IMG/VR virus record: IMGVR_UViG_3300032053_000047
Coordinates: 8,990 to 72,989 of that record
DNA length: 64,000 nt
Direction: 5' to 3' (one strand)
Source of the DNA: a virus
The position numbers and the translations under genes were made by a program. The notes beneath the pieces were generated by a model. The model was not told where the DNA came from, did no database searches, and saw nothing but the letters and a program-made list of their open reading frames with translations. Of the stretch, positions 43,550 to 55,330 are shown piece by piece (the first letter of the stretch is position 1; every line of letters starts with the position of its first letter).

Positions 43550-43780
43550 ATGAAAATCGTAGACAATAGAATCACTAAAACATCAATAATGGTAAATTCA
43601 GAAGATATTAAAGTGGGCATATATTTTATGGGACGCATCAATGAATGTAACGGCCTTTTCTTGCGTATCTATGAGGGAGTCGTATTTATCGATGATCCGG
43701 CCTATACGTGGAATGGATCGTGTGATGTAAGTGAGTACGAGCCTATCGAGGTCGAGATCCACATTGAACGGAACCCGTAA
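43550..43780 (+). CDS. Hypothetical protein
   Basis: SD AAGGA before ATG 43550. Confidence 0.55.
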   Translation: MKIVDNRITKTSIMVNSEDIKVGIYFMGRINECNGLFLRIYEGVVFIDDPAYTWNGSCDVSEYEPIEVEIHIERNP

Positions 43781-43907
43781 TGGCTAACTTCACGCGCCAG
43801 ATCCGCCTGAAGCGTAGGCGTAGTAAACCTAAATTCAGAGGTACGAAAGCGGGCAAAGAATCGGGTTACACACGGGCGGTTAAACGGGCGTTTGGAGGAA
43901 CGCGGTA

Positions 43908-44810
43908 ATGGCAGAGTTCATATCAAAAAGCGAGATTTTAGAAGCTATCAAAAGCGCACGAGCGACAATGCGGTCCGCAGATGAAGCCGCGAACGACATG
44001 GCTATCCTACTGATTGGTAGATTGCATCATGTTGGCTCATATGCCCTGAACGAGCTAAAGCACGAACTTGCGCGGTACAACATGCATACGCAGATGTGGA
44101 TATGACAACCCCACGCCCGATCTTCGCCAAGACGATCAAACCGGATAACCCGCCCCGGTCCACGCGCATCGCAGCCAGCCACTACCATTTTCAGGGCGCA
44201 TACTACGACGCCGATCCTATCCACCAACCTGACAAACCCACCCGCAAACGCCCACCCGATTACGATTATGACCGCCGCTGTACCGGGTGTGGCAAAGTGC
44301 CCGAATGTTGCGAATGTGATGAGGAAGACGCACGAAACTACCGGGAAAGGCACGGATTATGAACCAGACCATCAAAGAGGGTCTCGACCGCTATACACAA
44401 CACCATGTACAAACAGGTTCGTTTCTACGGGCTGTGCTTGAAAACGATCTCAGAGACGCCGTGTGTAGGGCTGATGATGACAATATGCGTGATCTGCGGG
44501 AGATCGTCATGTACGTATACTGGGAACTACCGGGCCAGTGTTGGGGATCGCCTGAACTTGTCCGGGCATGGCTTGCACAGAAACCGGCGACAGCGGAAGC
44601 AACAGTATGATCACCGAGCGCCACTTAGCTCTAACTGAAATAATGATCGCCATTCTTGAGGAAATGACTCGCGTATGCGGTGCGCTATCACCACTGGCGT
44701 GCAAATATTACGCGACCCTGGAGGGCTGTTACACTGGTATTGCGCATAGCCGCGCAGTCGAGGTTCTGCATGTGCGGAACTGTGGCGGTGCTACGGGGTG
44801 TACTGAATGA
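43908..44810 (+). CDS. Four coupled small hypothetical genes (43908-44105, 44102-44362, 44359-44610, 44607-44810)
   Basis: Successive ATGA overlaps. Confidence 0.55.
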
Positions 44811-44879
44811 ACTGAAACGGGTCGCCAGTGCGGGCACCGCGCTAGCGGATACAACGAAGACAACGAAGGGAGACTCGGA

Positions 44880-45830
44880 ATGGGAACTGAATTAGTAGCA
44901 CAAAATGAACGTGATCTCGCAACTCGCTCAGACGTATGCCATATGCTGAGCGTTGCCGAGGTCAAGGCGCAAATGGATGCACTTGAAGAACTCATGCGTA
45001 TCTGCCTGAAAAAGGGCGATCTTGCCAAGGGCAATGAGGGCGATTACTACACGTTGCCCGGTGGCAAAAAGCCCTGTCTAAGTAAGGCGGGCGCACAAAA
45101 AGTAGCGACGATGTTTCGCTTTGCCGCATCCTACCCGATCATCGAAGATCTGAGCACAGCGAATGAATCGCGGTATCGCGTCCTGTGCCGCCTCACCCGG
45201 CCCGATGGTTTATTCGTTGGCGAACAATGGGGCGAGGCCAGTTCGGCGGAATCAAAAAATCGGTGGCGTAAGGCGCTCGATGACGAAGAGTTTGACAGTT
45301 CACATGAAGATGAGAAACGGATCGTAAAACGCAAGAACCAAAACGGCGACGTGTACGAAGTGAAGCAGATCATGGTAAACCGCGCCGATAGTACAACGAA
45401 CGTGTTGCCAAAGGCGCAGAAACGTGCCTACGTTCAAGTTGTGCTTGCCGCCTCGGGCGCGTCCTGCCTGTTTACGAGCGGCCTTGAACCGGATGATCCC
45501 GATTCTGCTGGTGATGGTAACGGCAAAGAGCCGCACAAACCGATTCAGAAACCCCAGGCGAAAAAGGAGTCCGCGCCCGCATCCGACAGTAGTGATATCA
45601 AAACGATCCAAGGCGTGGTTACGCGAGTAGCTGAAAAACCAACAGCCAAGGGTGGTACTCGCTTTGGTGTCTGCATTTTGGATGCATGGTACAACACATT
45701 TGATGACAAAATCGCGGCAGTGTGCGCAAAGGGCGTGATCATCACGCTGGTCTATAAAGTCGGTCAGTACGGCAACGATATTGTATCGGCGGAAATATTC
45801 AACGAACAACCAGGCGAGGCGGCGGAATGA
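44880..45830 (+). CDS. Putative single-strand annealing/recombination protein
   Basis: KPCLSKAGAQK...KAQKRAYV...ASCLFT; C-terminal OB-like domain; adjacent to an exonuclease gene. Confidence 0.6.
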   Translation: MGTELVAQNERDLATRSDVCHMLSVAEVKAQMDALEELMRICLKKGDLAKGNEGDYYTLPGGKKPCLSKAGAQKVATMFRFAASYPIIEDLSTANESRYRVLCRLTRPDGLFVGEQWGEASSAESKNRWRKALDDEEFDSSHEDEKRIVKRKNQNGDVYEVKQIMVNRADSTTNVLPKAQKRAYVQVVLAASGASCLFTSGLEPDDPDSAGDGNGKEPHKPIQKPQAKKESAPASDSSDIKTIQGVVTRVAEKPTAKGGTRFGVCILDAWYNTFDDKIAAVCAKGVIITLVYKVGQYGNDIVSAEIFNEQPGEAAE

Positions 45831-46408
45831 TCGTCTGTACCTCCGACCACACTTACGTTGATGATGCTACCGGGCGCACCTACCCCGGCGTCACGCAAAT
45901 TATCTATGAGGCCGGACTCATGGGGTACATGCCCGGTGATGATTGGTACATGACGCGCGGTACGCTTGTTCATGAATGCACCGCCATGTGGGATTGCGGC
46001 ATATTGTGGGAGGAGGCACTCGACCCCGCGCTGACCGGGTTTCTGGCGGCATGGAAACGATACCGGGCCGACACCGGGTTTACGCCCGCGCCGGACTTCA
46101 TCGAGCGGATCTGTTTCGATCCGGTGTTGGGGTACGCGGGCACGATTGACCGTGATGGATTGGACATTAAAGCGGGTGTGCCCACCAAGTGGTTTTTGAT
46201 TCAGGCTGCCGCCTACTGGCATTCGCCCGAGGTAAATAAGGGGCCGTGGCGAACGGTCTTTCTCCGCGAAGAGGGTACCTATAAGGTCATCGTTTACAAC
46301 CCGCAAGATTTGTATAGGGCATTTCAGGTGTTTACCGCCGCACTTACCCTATACGCATGGAAAGCCCAGAACGGGTTATTAACATCAAATCAAGGGGTTA
46401 TATTGTGA
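45827..46408 (+). CDS. PD-(D/E)XK exonuclease
   Basis: YPGVTQI, RGTLVHE, GYAGTID..LDIK, QAAAY. Confidence 0.85.
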   Translation: MIVCTSDHTYVDDATGRTYPGVTQIIYEAGLMGYMPGDDWYMTRGTLVHECTAMWDCGILWEEALDPALTGFLAAWKRYRADTGFTPAPDFIERICFDPVLGYAGTIDRDGLDIKAGVPTKWFLIQAAAYWHSPEVNKGPWRTVFLREEGTYKVIVYNPQDLYRAFQVFTAALTLYAWKAQNGLLTSNQGVIL

Positions 46409-47016
46409 ACACCCGAACACCATATTGTCTAAGTAATAGAGCAGCAAAGCATGGAAATACATGGAGTGGTTTTACAAAGACTGCAAGCTGGAGAGAGTTG
46501 TCCGTGAGAAGTCGGTGGTTTGTGCTCGCCGGGTGCGGTGAGAAAAATGATTGCTGGTTATGGCGCGGTTGTATCAACGAGAATGGCTATGGATCGTTAA
46601 ACTTCCATCATTCAAATATTTTAGCTCACCGCATCGCCTATGAATTGTTCATCGGTCCAATTCCGCCAGGGCTAGTAATTGATCACCTTTGCCGTAATAA
46701 GGGGTGCGTAAATCCACTTCATCTTGAGGCCGTCACTGATAGGGTAAATATTCTGCGCGGCGAAGGACCGGCTGCAATTGAGGCGAGACAAACCCACTGT
46801 ATCCATGGCCATGAACTGAGTGGCGAAAACCTTCGCATTACCATGTTCAAAGGTAGAACTTATCGTGGCTGCATGGCGTGTCAAAGACAACGCAAGCCTA
46901 AAGACCGTGAGAAATACCTGGAGTATCAGCGCCAATATAACATCGATAGGCATGATGCAAAGTTGGCATATATGAAGGAATATAGAAAAAGGAAAATGGA
47001 GAACAAAATCCGATGA
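46405..47016 (+). CDS. HNH homing endonuclease
   Basis: CWLWRG, AHRIAYELFIGPIP..IDHLCRNKGCVNPLHLEAVT. Confidence 0.92.
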   Translation: MNTRTPYCLSNRAAKHGNTWSGFTKTASWRELSVRSRWFVLAGCGEKNDCWLWRGCINENGYGSLNFHHSNILAHRIAYELFIGPIPPGLVIDHLCRNKGCVNPLHLEAVTDRVNILRGEGPAAIEARQTHCIHGHELSGENLRITMFKGRTYRGCMACQRQRKPKDREKYLEYQRQYNIDRHDAKLAYMKEYRKRKMENKIR

Positions 47017-47720
47017 GTGCAATTATCGAAGAACCTCCGCAGGTAAAAACCTTACGCGCGATTGTGCCGTTCACAGAAAATACTGAGAGCGCGATAGCCC
47101 TTGTAAACATGGCCCGGTCATTCAAGATTGTCACGGTGGACGATCGTGTATATGCCGAGCGATTGATTCAAGCCCTCGATGCCGCATCAACATGGTGGCA
47201 TAACGAACACATCGACAATAAAAACAAGGCGTATGCAGCGTATCAATCCGCGCTCCGGTTGCACGATGACAAAATCACGGAACTTGATGATGCCCGCAAG
47301 AAACATCTGAAACAGGAGTGCATCCGGTGGGATGCCGAGCAGGAAGCAATTCGCCGCGCAGAGGAAACGCGATTACAGGCCATTGCGCAGAAACAAGCCG
47401 AAGATGAGGCGCTGGCAATGGCCGCACAAGCCGAAGCCGCGGGCGACCACGAGATCGCCGAGGCTATTGTAGCCGCGCCCGTGGTTGCACCTACCGTGCG
47501 AATCATCCCAACCGCGCCCACGCCGTCTAGGTTGACCGCTGGACGTTCTGATTGGACCGCCGAGGTAGTTAACCTCATGACGCTAGTCCAGGCCGTGGCG
47601 GCTGGTACACAGCCGATAGAACTGCTCCTGCCGAACCAGGTGGCATTGAACAGAATGGCGAAGGCGCTGCATTCGGGGTTCAAGGTCCCTGGCGTCCGCG
47701 CCGTGGAAAGGAAAGTATGA
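47013..47720 (+). CDS. Conserved phage coiled-coil protein
   Basis: Long helical region; C-terminal WTAEVVN...VPGVR. Confidence 0.65.
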   Translation: MSAIIEEPPQVKTLRAIVPFTENTESAIALVNMARSFKIVTVDDRVYAERLIQALDAASTWWHNEHIDNKNKAYAAYQSALRLHDDKITELDDARKKHLKQECIRWDAEQEAIRRAEETRLQAIAQKQAEDEALAMAAQAEAAGDHEIAEAIVAAPVVAPTVRIIPTAPTPSRLTAGRSDWTAEVVNLMTLVQAVAAGTQPIELLLPNQVALNRMAKALHSGFKVPGVRAVERKV

Positions 47721-47772
47721 CAGACACACAGGTAGTTACCGTACCGCACTTCAAGGCCGAAGAGGAGAAAGT

Positions 47773-48716
47773 ATGATTGAACTCAACCATGTGCCGCCGC
47801 TGACGGATGACGGCATAACCGCAATAATGCAAAAGTGGAGTACCGGACATGACGCATTAACGATACTACGCCGGTATCTGCCCGATGGCCTAACCCATAG
47901 GCAAACACTAGAATATCTCGATACTATTTGCCAGCAAGCCGCGAAGTGGCGGGAATTTGTGAGCCTCATAACACTCACCGATGCCATTCACAGAACAGAG
48001 AAAGCCGTATCCGATCTTGAACAGCGCGTGGAATTCCTTGAACAGATCATACGAGACGGGAGAGTGGAATGATTGAACTGAGACAGGGCGTGGAACCGTT
48101 GACGGTAAATAGTCCCGAGATAAGAAACTGTGCTTTAAACACAAGTGAGCCAGCCTTTCATCAAATGTGGTCCGACTGGATGGATGTCGTTGCGCGCTAT
48201 TTACCGGCCTTTGAGTCTGAATCTATAGTCTACCGCGAATCCCTTCTTTTGCTCGACGGTATCTGCGAGCAGGCCGCACAGGCGCAGGCCATCGAAGCGG
48301 AACTCGTGCGACTTAAGGCCATAAACGACTTCGGGCGCGTGGTCAGGCCAGCTTTATCAGAAGACGAAATCGACGCCGTGATTGACGATTTTGCCGAGAA
48401 TGGCGCTAAACCACGGGCCGACGTGCGCGATGCGGAGACGTGGAAGCGGGAATTGTGCGACGAGGTTCTGCTAGATCATAACATGTACATTACTATTGAA
48501 CTTGCCACGTTCAACAAACTTGTCGATGCCGCTGCGAACCGGGGCGGTAAGACGTTGCGGGATGAACTCGCAATGGAAGTCATGAAGAAAATGCTGGAGT
48601 TTGTTTTAACACATGAAAATCGCCCCGATGTGCCGGTTGAACGGATCGCAAAACAAGCCTACGGTCTTGCTGACGCCATGCAGGTCGCATCGAAACAGAA
48701 AGAGAGTAATAAATGA
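47773..48716 (+). CDS. Two partly paralogous hypothetical genes (47773-48072, 48069-48716)
   Basis: Both start MIEL and share RYLP...LD.IC.QAA. Confidence 0.55.
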
Positions 48717-48997
48717 AACTCGATGTCTATGGAAAACCCGGTGATTTTGCAGCAAGCGGCGAATATGAAAACGCTATTATCGATGGCGTTCTTTCTCCAT
48801 GTCCGTTTTGTGGGAGCGTCGTTTTAGAAGTAGGCAATACACATACGCCGCACTATACGGTGATATGCGCTGATTGTGGTGCAGAAAAACCGTGTGCAAT
48901 AGGTAGTGGAAAGCATTTTAAATCGAAGGACGCCTGTGTTCGGGCACACCGCCAAAGTTTTAGGTCAGCAATCACGGAATGGAATACGCGGGCATGA
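48713..48997 (+). CDS. Lar-like restriction alleviation Zn-finger protein
   Basis: LSPCPFCG...CADCGA...AITEWNTR. Confidence 0.75.
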   Translation: MKLDVYGKPGDFAASGEYENAIIDGVLSPCPFCGSVVLEVGNTHTPHYTVICADCGAEKPCAIGSGKHFKSKDACVRAHRQSFRSAITEWNTRA

Positions 48998-49359
48998 GCA
49001 AACATAGCAATCTCAAATGCCCCGACTGCGGAGCCCTCATGATTCTGCGGAAAAGTCAGCATGGCCCATTTTTCGGCTGTACTAGTTGGCCTAATTGCGC
49101 GGCCACGCACGGCGCACACCCGGACGGTACCCCGCTTGGCATTCCCGGCACACGTGAGGTTAAAGATGCGCGGATCGCCGCGCACGCCGCATTTGATGCG
49201 TTCTGGCGCGGGGCCGGTATGACGCGAAAACGAGGGTATGCGTGGTTACAAGATCTACTCGGCTTGATACCGGAAGCATGTCATTTTGGGCGGTTTGACG
49301 TGGCGACGTGCGAGCGGGTAATTGAGATCATTGTAAATGCGCGGGGGAAACTGGTATGA
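48994..49359 (+). CDS. DUF3268-like zinc-finger protein
   Basis: CPDCG..GC...C...GAHPDGTPLG...AHAAFD..W, CHFGRFD. Confidence 0.75.
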   Translation: MSKHSNLKCPDCGALMILRKSQHGPFFGCTSWPNCAATHGAHPDGTPLGIPGTREVKDARIAAHAAFDAFWRGAGMTRKRGYAWLQDLLGLIPEACHFGRFDVATCERVIEIIVNARGKLV

Positions 49360-49643
49360 ACGCGCCCGCCCGCACACGCGCTGATTTCATCCGCATAACG
49401 CGGTCCTACCGGCTGTTGCGCGAGTTCATGCGCGACGGCCAGCCACACACGTTGCGCGAAATGGCGGTGGCTGCGGAATGTTCGGAATCTGCCGTATCGG
49501 CCCGGTGGCGCGAGTTGAAATACCCGTGTTCATTGGACAGGTTCGCCGGGTATGAACAGTACAAAGTTAAAATACGCGATACTGGCGTTTGGGTATATTG
49601 GATAAGACTGCGGGGTGTAGAGCAGATAATGTTAGCAGTGTGA
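49356..49643 (+). CDS. HTH protein
   Basis: HTLREMA...[13 protein letters not shown]. Confidence 0.65.
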   Translation: MNAPARTRADFIRITRSYRLLREFMRDGQPHTLREMAVAAECSESAVSARWRELKYPCSLDRFAGYEQYKVKIRDTGVWVYWIRLRGVEQIMLAV

Positions 49644-49707
49644 CAACAATGCCCGGCGCACGGATGCGCGGGCTTGGGGGCAGGGACGCCGAATGCGGGG
49701 AGTTGAT

Positions 49708-50388
49708 ATGCAGATTAAAAGCCGATGGAATGGCGAAGTACTGTATGAATGTGAGGCCGATAGTCTAATCGAGGTTGTCATTAAGGCCGTAGAAGCGGAG
49801 GCCAACCTCGCGGGGGCCAACCTCGCGAGGGCCGACCTCACGAGGGCCGACCTCACGAGGGCCGACCTCGCGGGGGCCAACCTCACGAGGGCCGACCTCA
49901 CGAGGGCCAACCTCACGGAGGCCGACCTCGCGGGGGCCAACCTCGCGGAGGCCAACCTCACGAGGGCCGACCTCGCGAGGGCCAACCTCGCGGGGGCCGA
50001 CCTCACGAGGGCCTACCTCGCGAGGGCCGACCTCACGAGGGCCAACCTCGCGGGGGCCGACCTCACGGGGGCCGAGTTACCACATTTCCAAATCTGTCCT
50101 GAAGTCGGTAGTTTTATCGGCTTCAAAAAGCTAGACAACGGCATAATTGCCACACTATTGATCCCAGACGGTGCGCGGCGTATGACGCCGCTCGGTTATC
50201 GGAAATGCCGGGCTGAACGTGTGCGTGTATTAAGCGGCAATGGCAAAAGTCCAACCGCCAATACCAAACTGGAATACCGCGAGGGCGACATGGTTGAGGC
50301 GGACTCGTTTGATGATGATATCCGGGTCGAATACAGCCACGGGATCGCGTTTTTTGTGACGCGGAAGGAAGCTGAGGAGTGGATATGA
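49708..50388 (+). CDS. Pentapeptide-repeat protein with a DUF5758-like C terminus
   Basis: ~18 A(D/N)Lxx repeats (15-bp DNA repeats at 49801-50075); RKCRAE, SHGIAFF. Confidence 0.9.
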   Translation: MQIKSRWNGEVLYECEADSLIEVVIKAVEAEANLAGANLARADLTRADLTRADLAGANLTRADLTRANLTEADLAGANLAEANLTRADLARANLAGADLTRAYLARADLTRANLAGADLTGAELPHFQICPEVGSFIGFKKLDNGIIATLLIPDGARRMTPLGYRKCRAERVRVLSGNGKSPTANTKLEYREGDMVEADSFDDDIRVEYSHGIAFFVTRKEAEEWI

Positions 50389-50729
50389 AAGTCATCTATA
50401 TCGGCGGCCCGTTCCGCGCACCTAACGCATGGGAACGCGAGAACAATATCCGTGAGGCGGAAACGCTGGGGTTTGAAGTTGCAAAACTCGGGGCAATGCC
50501 CGATATCCCACACGCAGGCACACGATTTTTCGACGGCACATTGACGCCGGAATTCTGGTTAGCGGGTACGCTTGAAAAGATGCGACGTTGTGACGCCATA
50601 CTACTCACGCCGCACTGGCGTGAATCCGAGGGCGCGTGTATGGAAGTAGACGAGGCGGAACGGTTAGAAATGCCAATATTCGATAACCTGGACGATCTAC
50701 AAGAATGGCTAAAAAGTGAAGGGGTTTGA
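50385..50729 (+). CDS. DUF4406/nucleoside deoxyribosyltransferase-like protein
   Basis: IYIGGPF, CDAILL..W..SEGA..E. Confidence 0.8.
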   Translation: MKVIYIGGPFRAPNAWERENNIREAETLGFEVAKLGAMPDIPHAGTRFFDGTLTPEFWLAGTLEKMRRCDAILLTPHWRESEGACMEVDEAERLEMPIFDNLDDLQEWLKSEGV

Positions 50730-50787
50730 TATTGAATAGTAAGTGTAAATTGCACCGGCCAGGGGCGTTCTGGTTGAGGTCCGCTTG

Positions 50788-51519
50788 ATGAATAAATCCC
50801 CCGGCTTCCACTTTTACCCTGATAAGTATATTTCACATACGAAGCACTTATGTCATCTGGCCGGCAGAATTTACATGGATATCCTGTGTTGGATGTGGGA
50901 TCACAGTCCGTCTCATTGTCAGATTTCTACCGACCCAGGCACTATCGCGTTGCTAACCGGACATCCGCTCGAAGATGTTAAAGCAGCTATTTTTGAAATA
51001 CAAAACCCCGCCATGAAACTGCTAAAAGAAAAAGGGAAATTATACATTAGTAACGGACTTAAAAAGGAAGCAGACAAACAGGCGACATTTGCCCAAAAAC
51101 AAAGTAACTCTGCTAAAGCGTTGTGGGCACAAAGGAAAGCATTGAAGTCTAGTACAACTAAAGTAAGCCAACCTTATGCCCGCGCGAAGAAAGAGAAAGA
51201 GAAAGAGAAACGGAAAGATCCTAATGATCTTCCAGAGGGATTTAAAGACTTCTGGGTAGCCTATCCTAAGAAGAAGGCCAAAGATGATGCGATCCGGGCG
51301 TGGGTAAAACTTAACCCAACCTCGGAAATCGAAGTAGCCATCCTTGCGGCATTGAAGTGGCAATGCCAATTGCCCGACTGGAAAAAAGAAAACGGACAAT
51401 ACGTTCCTTTTCCGGCGAGCTACCTGAACGGGCGGCGGTGGACCGACGAACAGGAAGTCAAACGGGTTATCAAAATGACCGATGTTGAAATTTTACGAAT
51501 CCAACAAGGCGGGTGTTAA
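50788..51519 (+). CDS. Replication initiator (DUF1376-like N terminus)
   Basis: FHFYPDKY..T; FWVAYPKK..K..A..AW; PASYLNGRRWTDE. Confidence 0.8.
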   Translation: MNKSPGFHFYPDKYISHTKHLCHLAGRIYMDILCWMWDHSPSHCQISTDPGTIALLTGHPLEDVKAAIFEIQNPAMKLLKEKGKLYISNGLKKEADKQATFAQKQSNSAKALWAQRKALKSSTTKVSQPYARAKKEKEKEKRKDPNDLPEGFKDFWVAYPKKKAKDDAIRAWVKLNPTSEIEVAILAALKWQCQLPDWKKENGQYVPFPASYLNGRRWTDEQEVKRVIKMTDVEILRIQQGGC

Positions 51520-51580
51520 TGGACATCTCGTGTGAGTGGACCCAATAGACCCGCGGCGTGTGGGGATACGGAGGATGGGA

Positions 51581-52054
51581 ATGAAAAAAGAATACGTAGT
51601 TGGGTTTTTCTTAGAGGGTACAGGGGCGGAATTTCCCGAGGATGTGTATGTGGTTCTTATCCGCAAGAGCAAACCGCTATGGCAAGTGGAGCGGCTAAAC
51701 GGTATCGGTGGCAAAATAGAACCGGGCGAGTTGCCCATAAATGCAATGGCGCGTGAATGGTATGAGGAAACCGGAACCATGTGGACCTCATGGGGCGCAC
51801 TTTTTACGCTACAACACCCCGATCCCGCCGGCAAAAATGAATATACCCTCTACGGTTTTTTCACAACGTCAAATGACACGCGGGCCAGTGAATTACTTCA
51901 TGGCAGGCTCGTATCAGGTGAAGGGGTAATTGAAATTTGTAATGCCCGCCATCTACCTGATGCCATTATTGGCAATCTGCGGTGGATGATCGGACTTGCA
52001 CTTGATGCCGATATTTCAAAACCCGTTCTCCTGAATGACAACGGGGGCAACTAA
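51581..52054 (+). CDS. NUDIX hydrolase
   Basis: GGKIEPGELPINAMAREWYEETG Nudix box. Confidence 0.92.
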   Translation: MKKEYVVGFFLEGTGAEFPEDVYVVLIRKSKPLWQVERLNGIGGKIEPGELPINAMAREWYEETGTMWTSWGALFTLQHPDPAGKNEYTLYGFFTTSNDTRASELLHGRLVSGEGVIEICNARHLPDAIIGNLRWMIGLALDADISKPVLLNDNGGN

Positions 52055-52106
52055 TGAACCGCAACTTTCAGACCCGCGGCGAGTTCGCGTGGGGCGGGTG
52101 GGAACA

Positions 52107-52544
52107 ATGAACGGTTTCCCCGCACACTGGCCCGCGGAACTCGTGGAACGGTTACGATTTCAGCGGCAAATGCGGCATACGGACTTGCCGCCCGTTCCGC
52201 CAAAGCATTGTCGTTGGTGCGGAAAACCCGTTGCTGGACGGCGGCAATGTTAGTGTAGCGATAAATGTGTGCATGAATACGAGTTGAGGGCAAATAGGGG
52301 GGCTGTTCTTAATGCCGTTATCCAACGTGACGGTTATATATGCGCGATCTGTGGCAGGCGACCTTGGAACCCGCAGGTTGATCATGTGGTTCCCATTGCC
52401 GAAGGTGGCGGTTGTTGTGGGCTGGAAAATCTGCGCTTATTGTGCTGGGAATGTCACAACCGTGTAACCGCCGAACTTGCAGCGCGGTTAGCGGCGAAAC
52501 GGAGAGTAGACGCGGGACAACCCGTACAGGAGGTGCTTGTATGA
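52107..52544 (+). pseudogene. Zn-finger/HNH endonuclease interrupted by an in-frame TAG
   Basis: CRWCG...RRQC*CSDKC...RDGYICAICG..VDHVVPIAEGGG...NLRLLCWECH; TAG at 52251-52253. Confidence 0.75.
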
Positions 52545-52559
52545 AAACGGAGAACCATA

Positions 52560-53243
52560 ATGGATATTTTTAGAATCAAGAGTATTAGTGACTTTGAGCA
52601 ATTCAAAACTGAAATCGGCTACCACGTGAAAGGACATCTGAAAATCGAATGTCCTATCTCACTCTGTGGATCGTTAATCGTTGATGGGTCCATCCATGCG
52701 GGCGAGTCCATCAAGGCGGGCGGGTTCATCGAGGCGGGCAGGTCCATCCATGCGGGCGAGTTCATCAAGGCGGGCAGGTTCATCAAGGCGGGCGGGTTCA
52801 TCGAGGCGGGCAGGTCCATCCATGCGGGCGAGTCCATCAAGGCGGGCGGGTTCATCGAGGCGGGCAGGTTCATCAAGGCGGGCGGGTTCATCGAGGCGGG
52901 CGGGTTCATCGAGGCGGGCGGGTCGATCCAGGCGCATGAGTCCATCCATGCGGGCGAGTACATCCATGCGGGCGGGTTTGTGTTTTCCTTCACCTTCTCT
53001 TTGTCCTGTAAGTGGCTTGAAACGCGCCTACTGCCGTTTTGGCGCGAATTCTATGCAACTATGCCACCGTTGCAAAAGTGGCGAGACAAGATTCTCAGCA
53101 AATCTTCTTGTTGGGGTGATCTACAAACATTAGTCACGCCTGATGAGGCTATGACTATCTGTGCATGGGATGGCTGGCATCCAATCATTAAGGCGCAACT
53201 GGAAATGTTTTTCGGTCTCAAAAAGCGCGTTGACTTTACCTAA
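52560..53243 (+). CDS. Hexapeptide-repeat (G.SI.A/G.FI.A) beta-helix-like protein
   Basis: ~16 tandem 18-bp repeats at 52686-52975. Confidence 0.8.
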   Translation: MDIFRIKSISDFEQFKTEIGYHVKGHLKIECPISLCGSLIVDGSIHAGESIKAGGFIEAGRSIHAGEFIKAGRFIKAGGFIEAGRSIHAGESIKAGGFIEAGRFIKAGGFIEAGGFIEAGGSIQAHESIHAGEYIHAGGFVFSFTFSLSCKWLETRLLPFWREFYATMPPLQKWRDKILSKSSCWGDLQTLVTPDEAMTICAWDGWHPIIKAQLEMFFGLKKRVDFT

Positions 53244-53496
53244 ATCGGCACAAAAGGAAACACAATGATAGCCCCTACACGCCCCGCGCCGTGCCCTAAG
53301 CCCCGTTACCCCTACGGCGGGGGTGATCGTGCCGTACGTGGCAGCGTAGGCGGCTCCAGCACGGCCCTGATGGACGAGTGGATACGCAATGTCGGGACCA
53401 CGGCGGACATCCCGGTGATGATCCCGATCTTGTGGACCCTCATGAAGGATGACGGTTTATGAACGACGCGATTGACGGAACAAAAGGAGATTCGTA

Positions 53497-55330
53497 ATGA
53501 GACAAAAAGCGAAGGCGATACTTAATGCGGTGTATGAAGCATCGAACTACATGGCTTGTAGTGAGGCGGCAGATCATGCCAATCAAGCGGCGGCGACTCT
53601 AGCTGTTGGCGCTGGCATGGAGTGGATGCTTGCTGATTTTGGCGAGGTACAAGGATATTGGCGTAAGCATTGTTACCCGTTCGACCGCGAATACTGTTAT
53701 GCCCTGGCAATAGCCGTTGGAAATACGAGTTATATCAAAGCATTTGAAAAAAGTGAGGGTCGTAAGCCGTTCTTTGCGAATAAGGTGGAACCTGCTAATA
53801 GTCGCGGCTATCTGCACATGGTCGGTATACGGATGCGCGAACGTCTCGGGATTGGATCGCAGGTTTGTCTGAATCTCCCTGGCTGTTACGCATGGGCAGA
53901 AGTCACAAGTATCGATAATGAGCGCGTAGTGTTGACCGCGAAGAAAATGGACGGCGAGGATGGGGTGCGCAGGATTTTAAAACTCGATCATGACGCCTGC
54001 GCGAAAATGTTCCCCGCGCCGAAACGGGCGAAGGTGAAAGCGGCCGAAGAGACAGAGGTGCAGAGCGCATGACGCCCGCCCGTATCGAGGCCGCGATCCG
54101 GGGCGGCGTACAAGGAGAGTTGGTATGAGACTTATAGAAATTGGAGCATCACAGTCCGTAGGGATTTTCGGATTGCATTTGCAACTTGTAGACACAGCGC
54201 GAGTACAAACGTTTTATCTGATGCGTAAACAGGCCCAGGAACTCATACCCCTCTTGCAGCACTTCGCAGACACGGGCGAGTTACCCATAGATGACCCTAC
54301 CGCGCCACTGATCTGGAAAGTGATTGAGGAGTTTGGGGAATCAATACCGGAGATCGAATGGGACAAGAGGAAACAGAAACAGACTATTTCTGATGCCACG
54401 AAACAGGCCGGGGGCGATGATAATGCCCACTGAACATGCGGAATGGATGGAAGCCGAAGTGCGTGTGCTGAAACGCAAAGAGCGTGAAAGTAAAAAGGCA
54501 TTGCTTGTTTTGGTTGATGCCACTGGCGCGTTCCTAGAACAGTTCGCGGCCACCATGAAACAACCGGAATCAAAGAAACGCAATAAAGCCATTATAGAAC
54601 TCTTCAGCGAACTGAATATGGCACGAGATCGCGCACGTTATTTTGCACTAAATATCGACTACAGAACCGATAGCCTGAACACCAAATACAAACCGCTCGG
54701 GTGCTATGACTGCGAACTGAGGGCCGAAAAGGAGAGCGACAATGGCTAACGTGACGCCGTTGAGCGATGCGGAAATGCGGATGTTAGAGGCCGTTCAGGA
54801 TTACATGTATATTGAACTACACTGTTGGAATTGTGAGGTATGTAAACAGAAGGGCGATCCCAATCCCGAAAATGAACCGTGCAAAACATGTATATCTGCG
54901 CGTATGCCGTTCAGCCGCCTTGTTGCCGCTCTGCGCGACCGCGACAGGAAGCTGGCCATACTCCGGGCGCACCGGCTTGATCCCGATTACCTATGGGCGC
55001 AGACACGCGGACTCCTGAATGAACTGGACCCGGTTGACAAGACATGGACCCCAGAACAGCGGCGGCGTGAGGTAGATCGCCTGATTGCCTTCGCCCGCGG
55101 CGAACAGGACAACCCCGATGCCCACTGAACGCAAGAATGACACTTTCATAATTGGCCCCGATGGCCATATGGATTACCAGCCACCCGCACCGTATCTGTC
55201 GGATATCGGCAGGCCATGTACATGCCAATGGGAAACCCTAAGAGACCCCTATGGCCCAGATAGGCGTGTACTAATATTCGCGTGCTGCTTGGTCCATGCA
55301 CAAGAATGGGAAAACCGTAATGCCCACTGA
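53497..55330 (+). CDS. Hypothetical genes (53497-54072, 54125-54433, 54423-54749, 54742-55128, 55118-55330)
   Basis: SD sites and overlapping start/stop junctions. Confidence 0.55.

Noticed and set aside
49632-53133. Alternative-frame ORFs over the repeat genes (49632-50006, 52619-52993, 52674-52967, 52681-53133)
   Set aside because: Shadows of the 15- and 18-bp coding repeats
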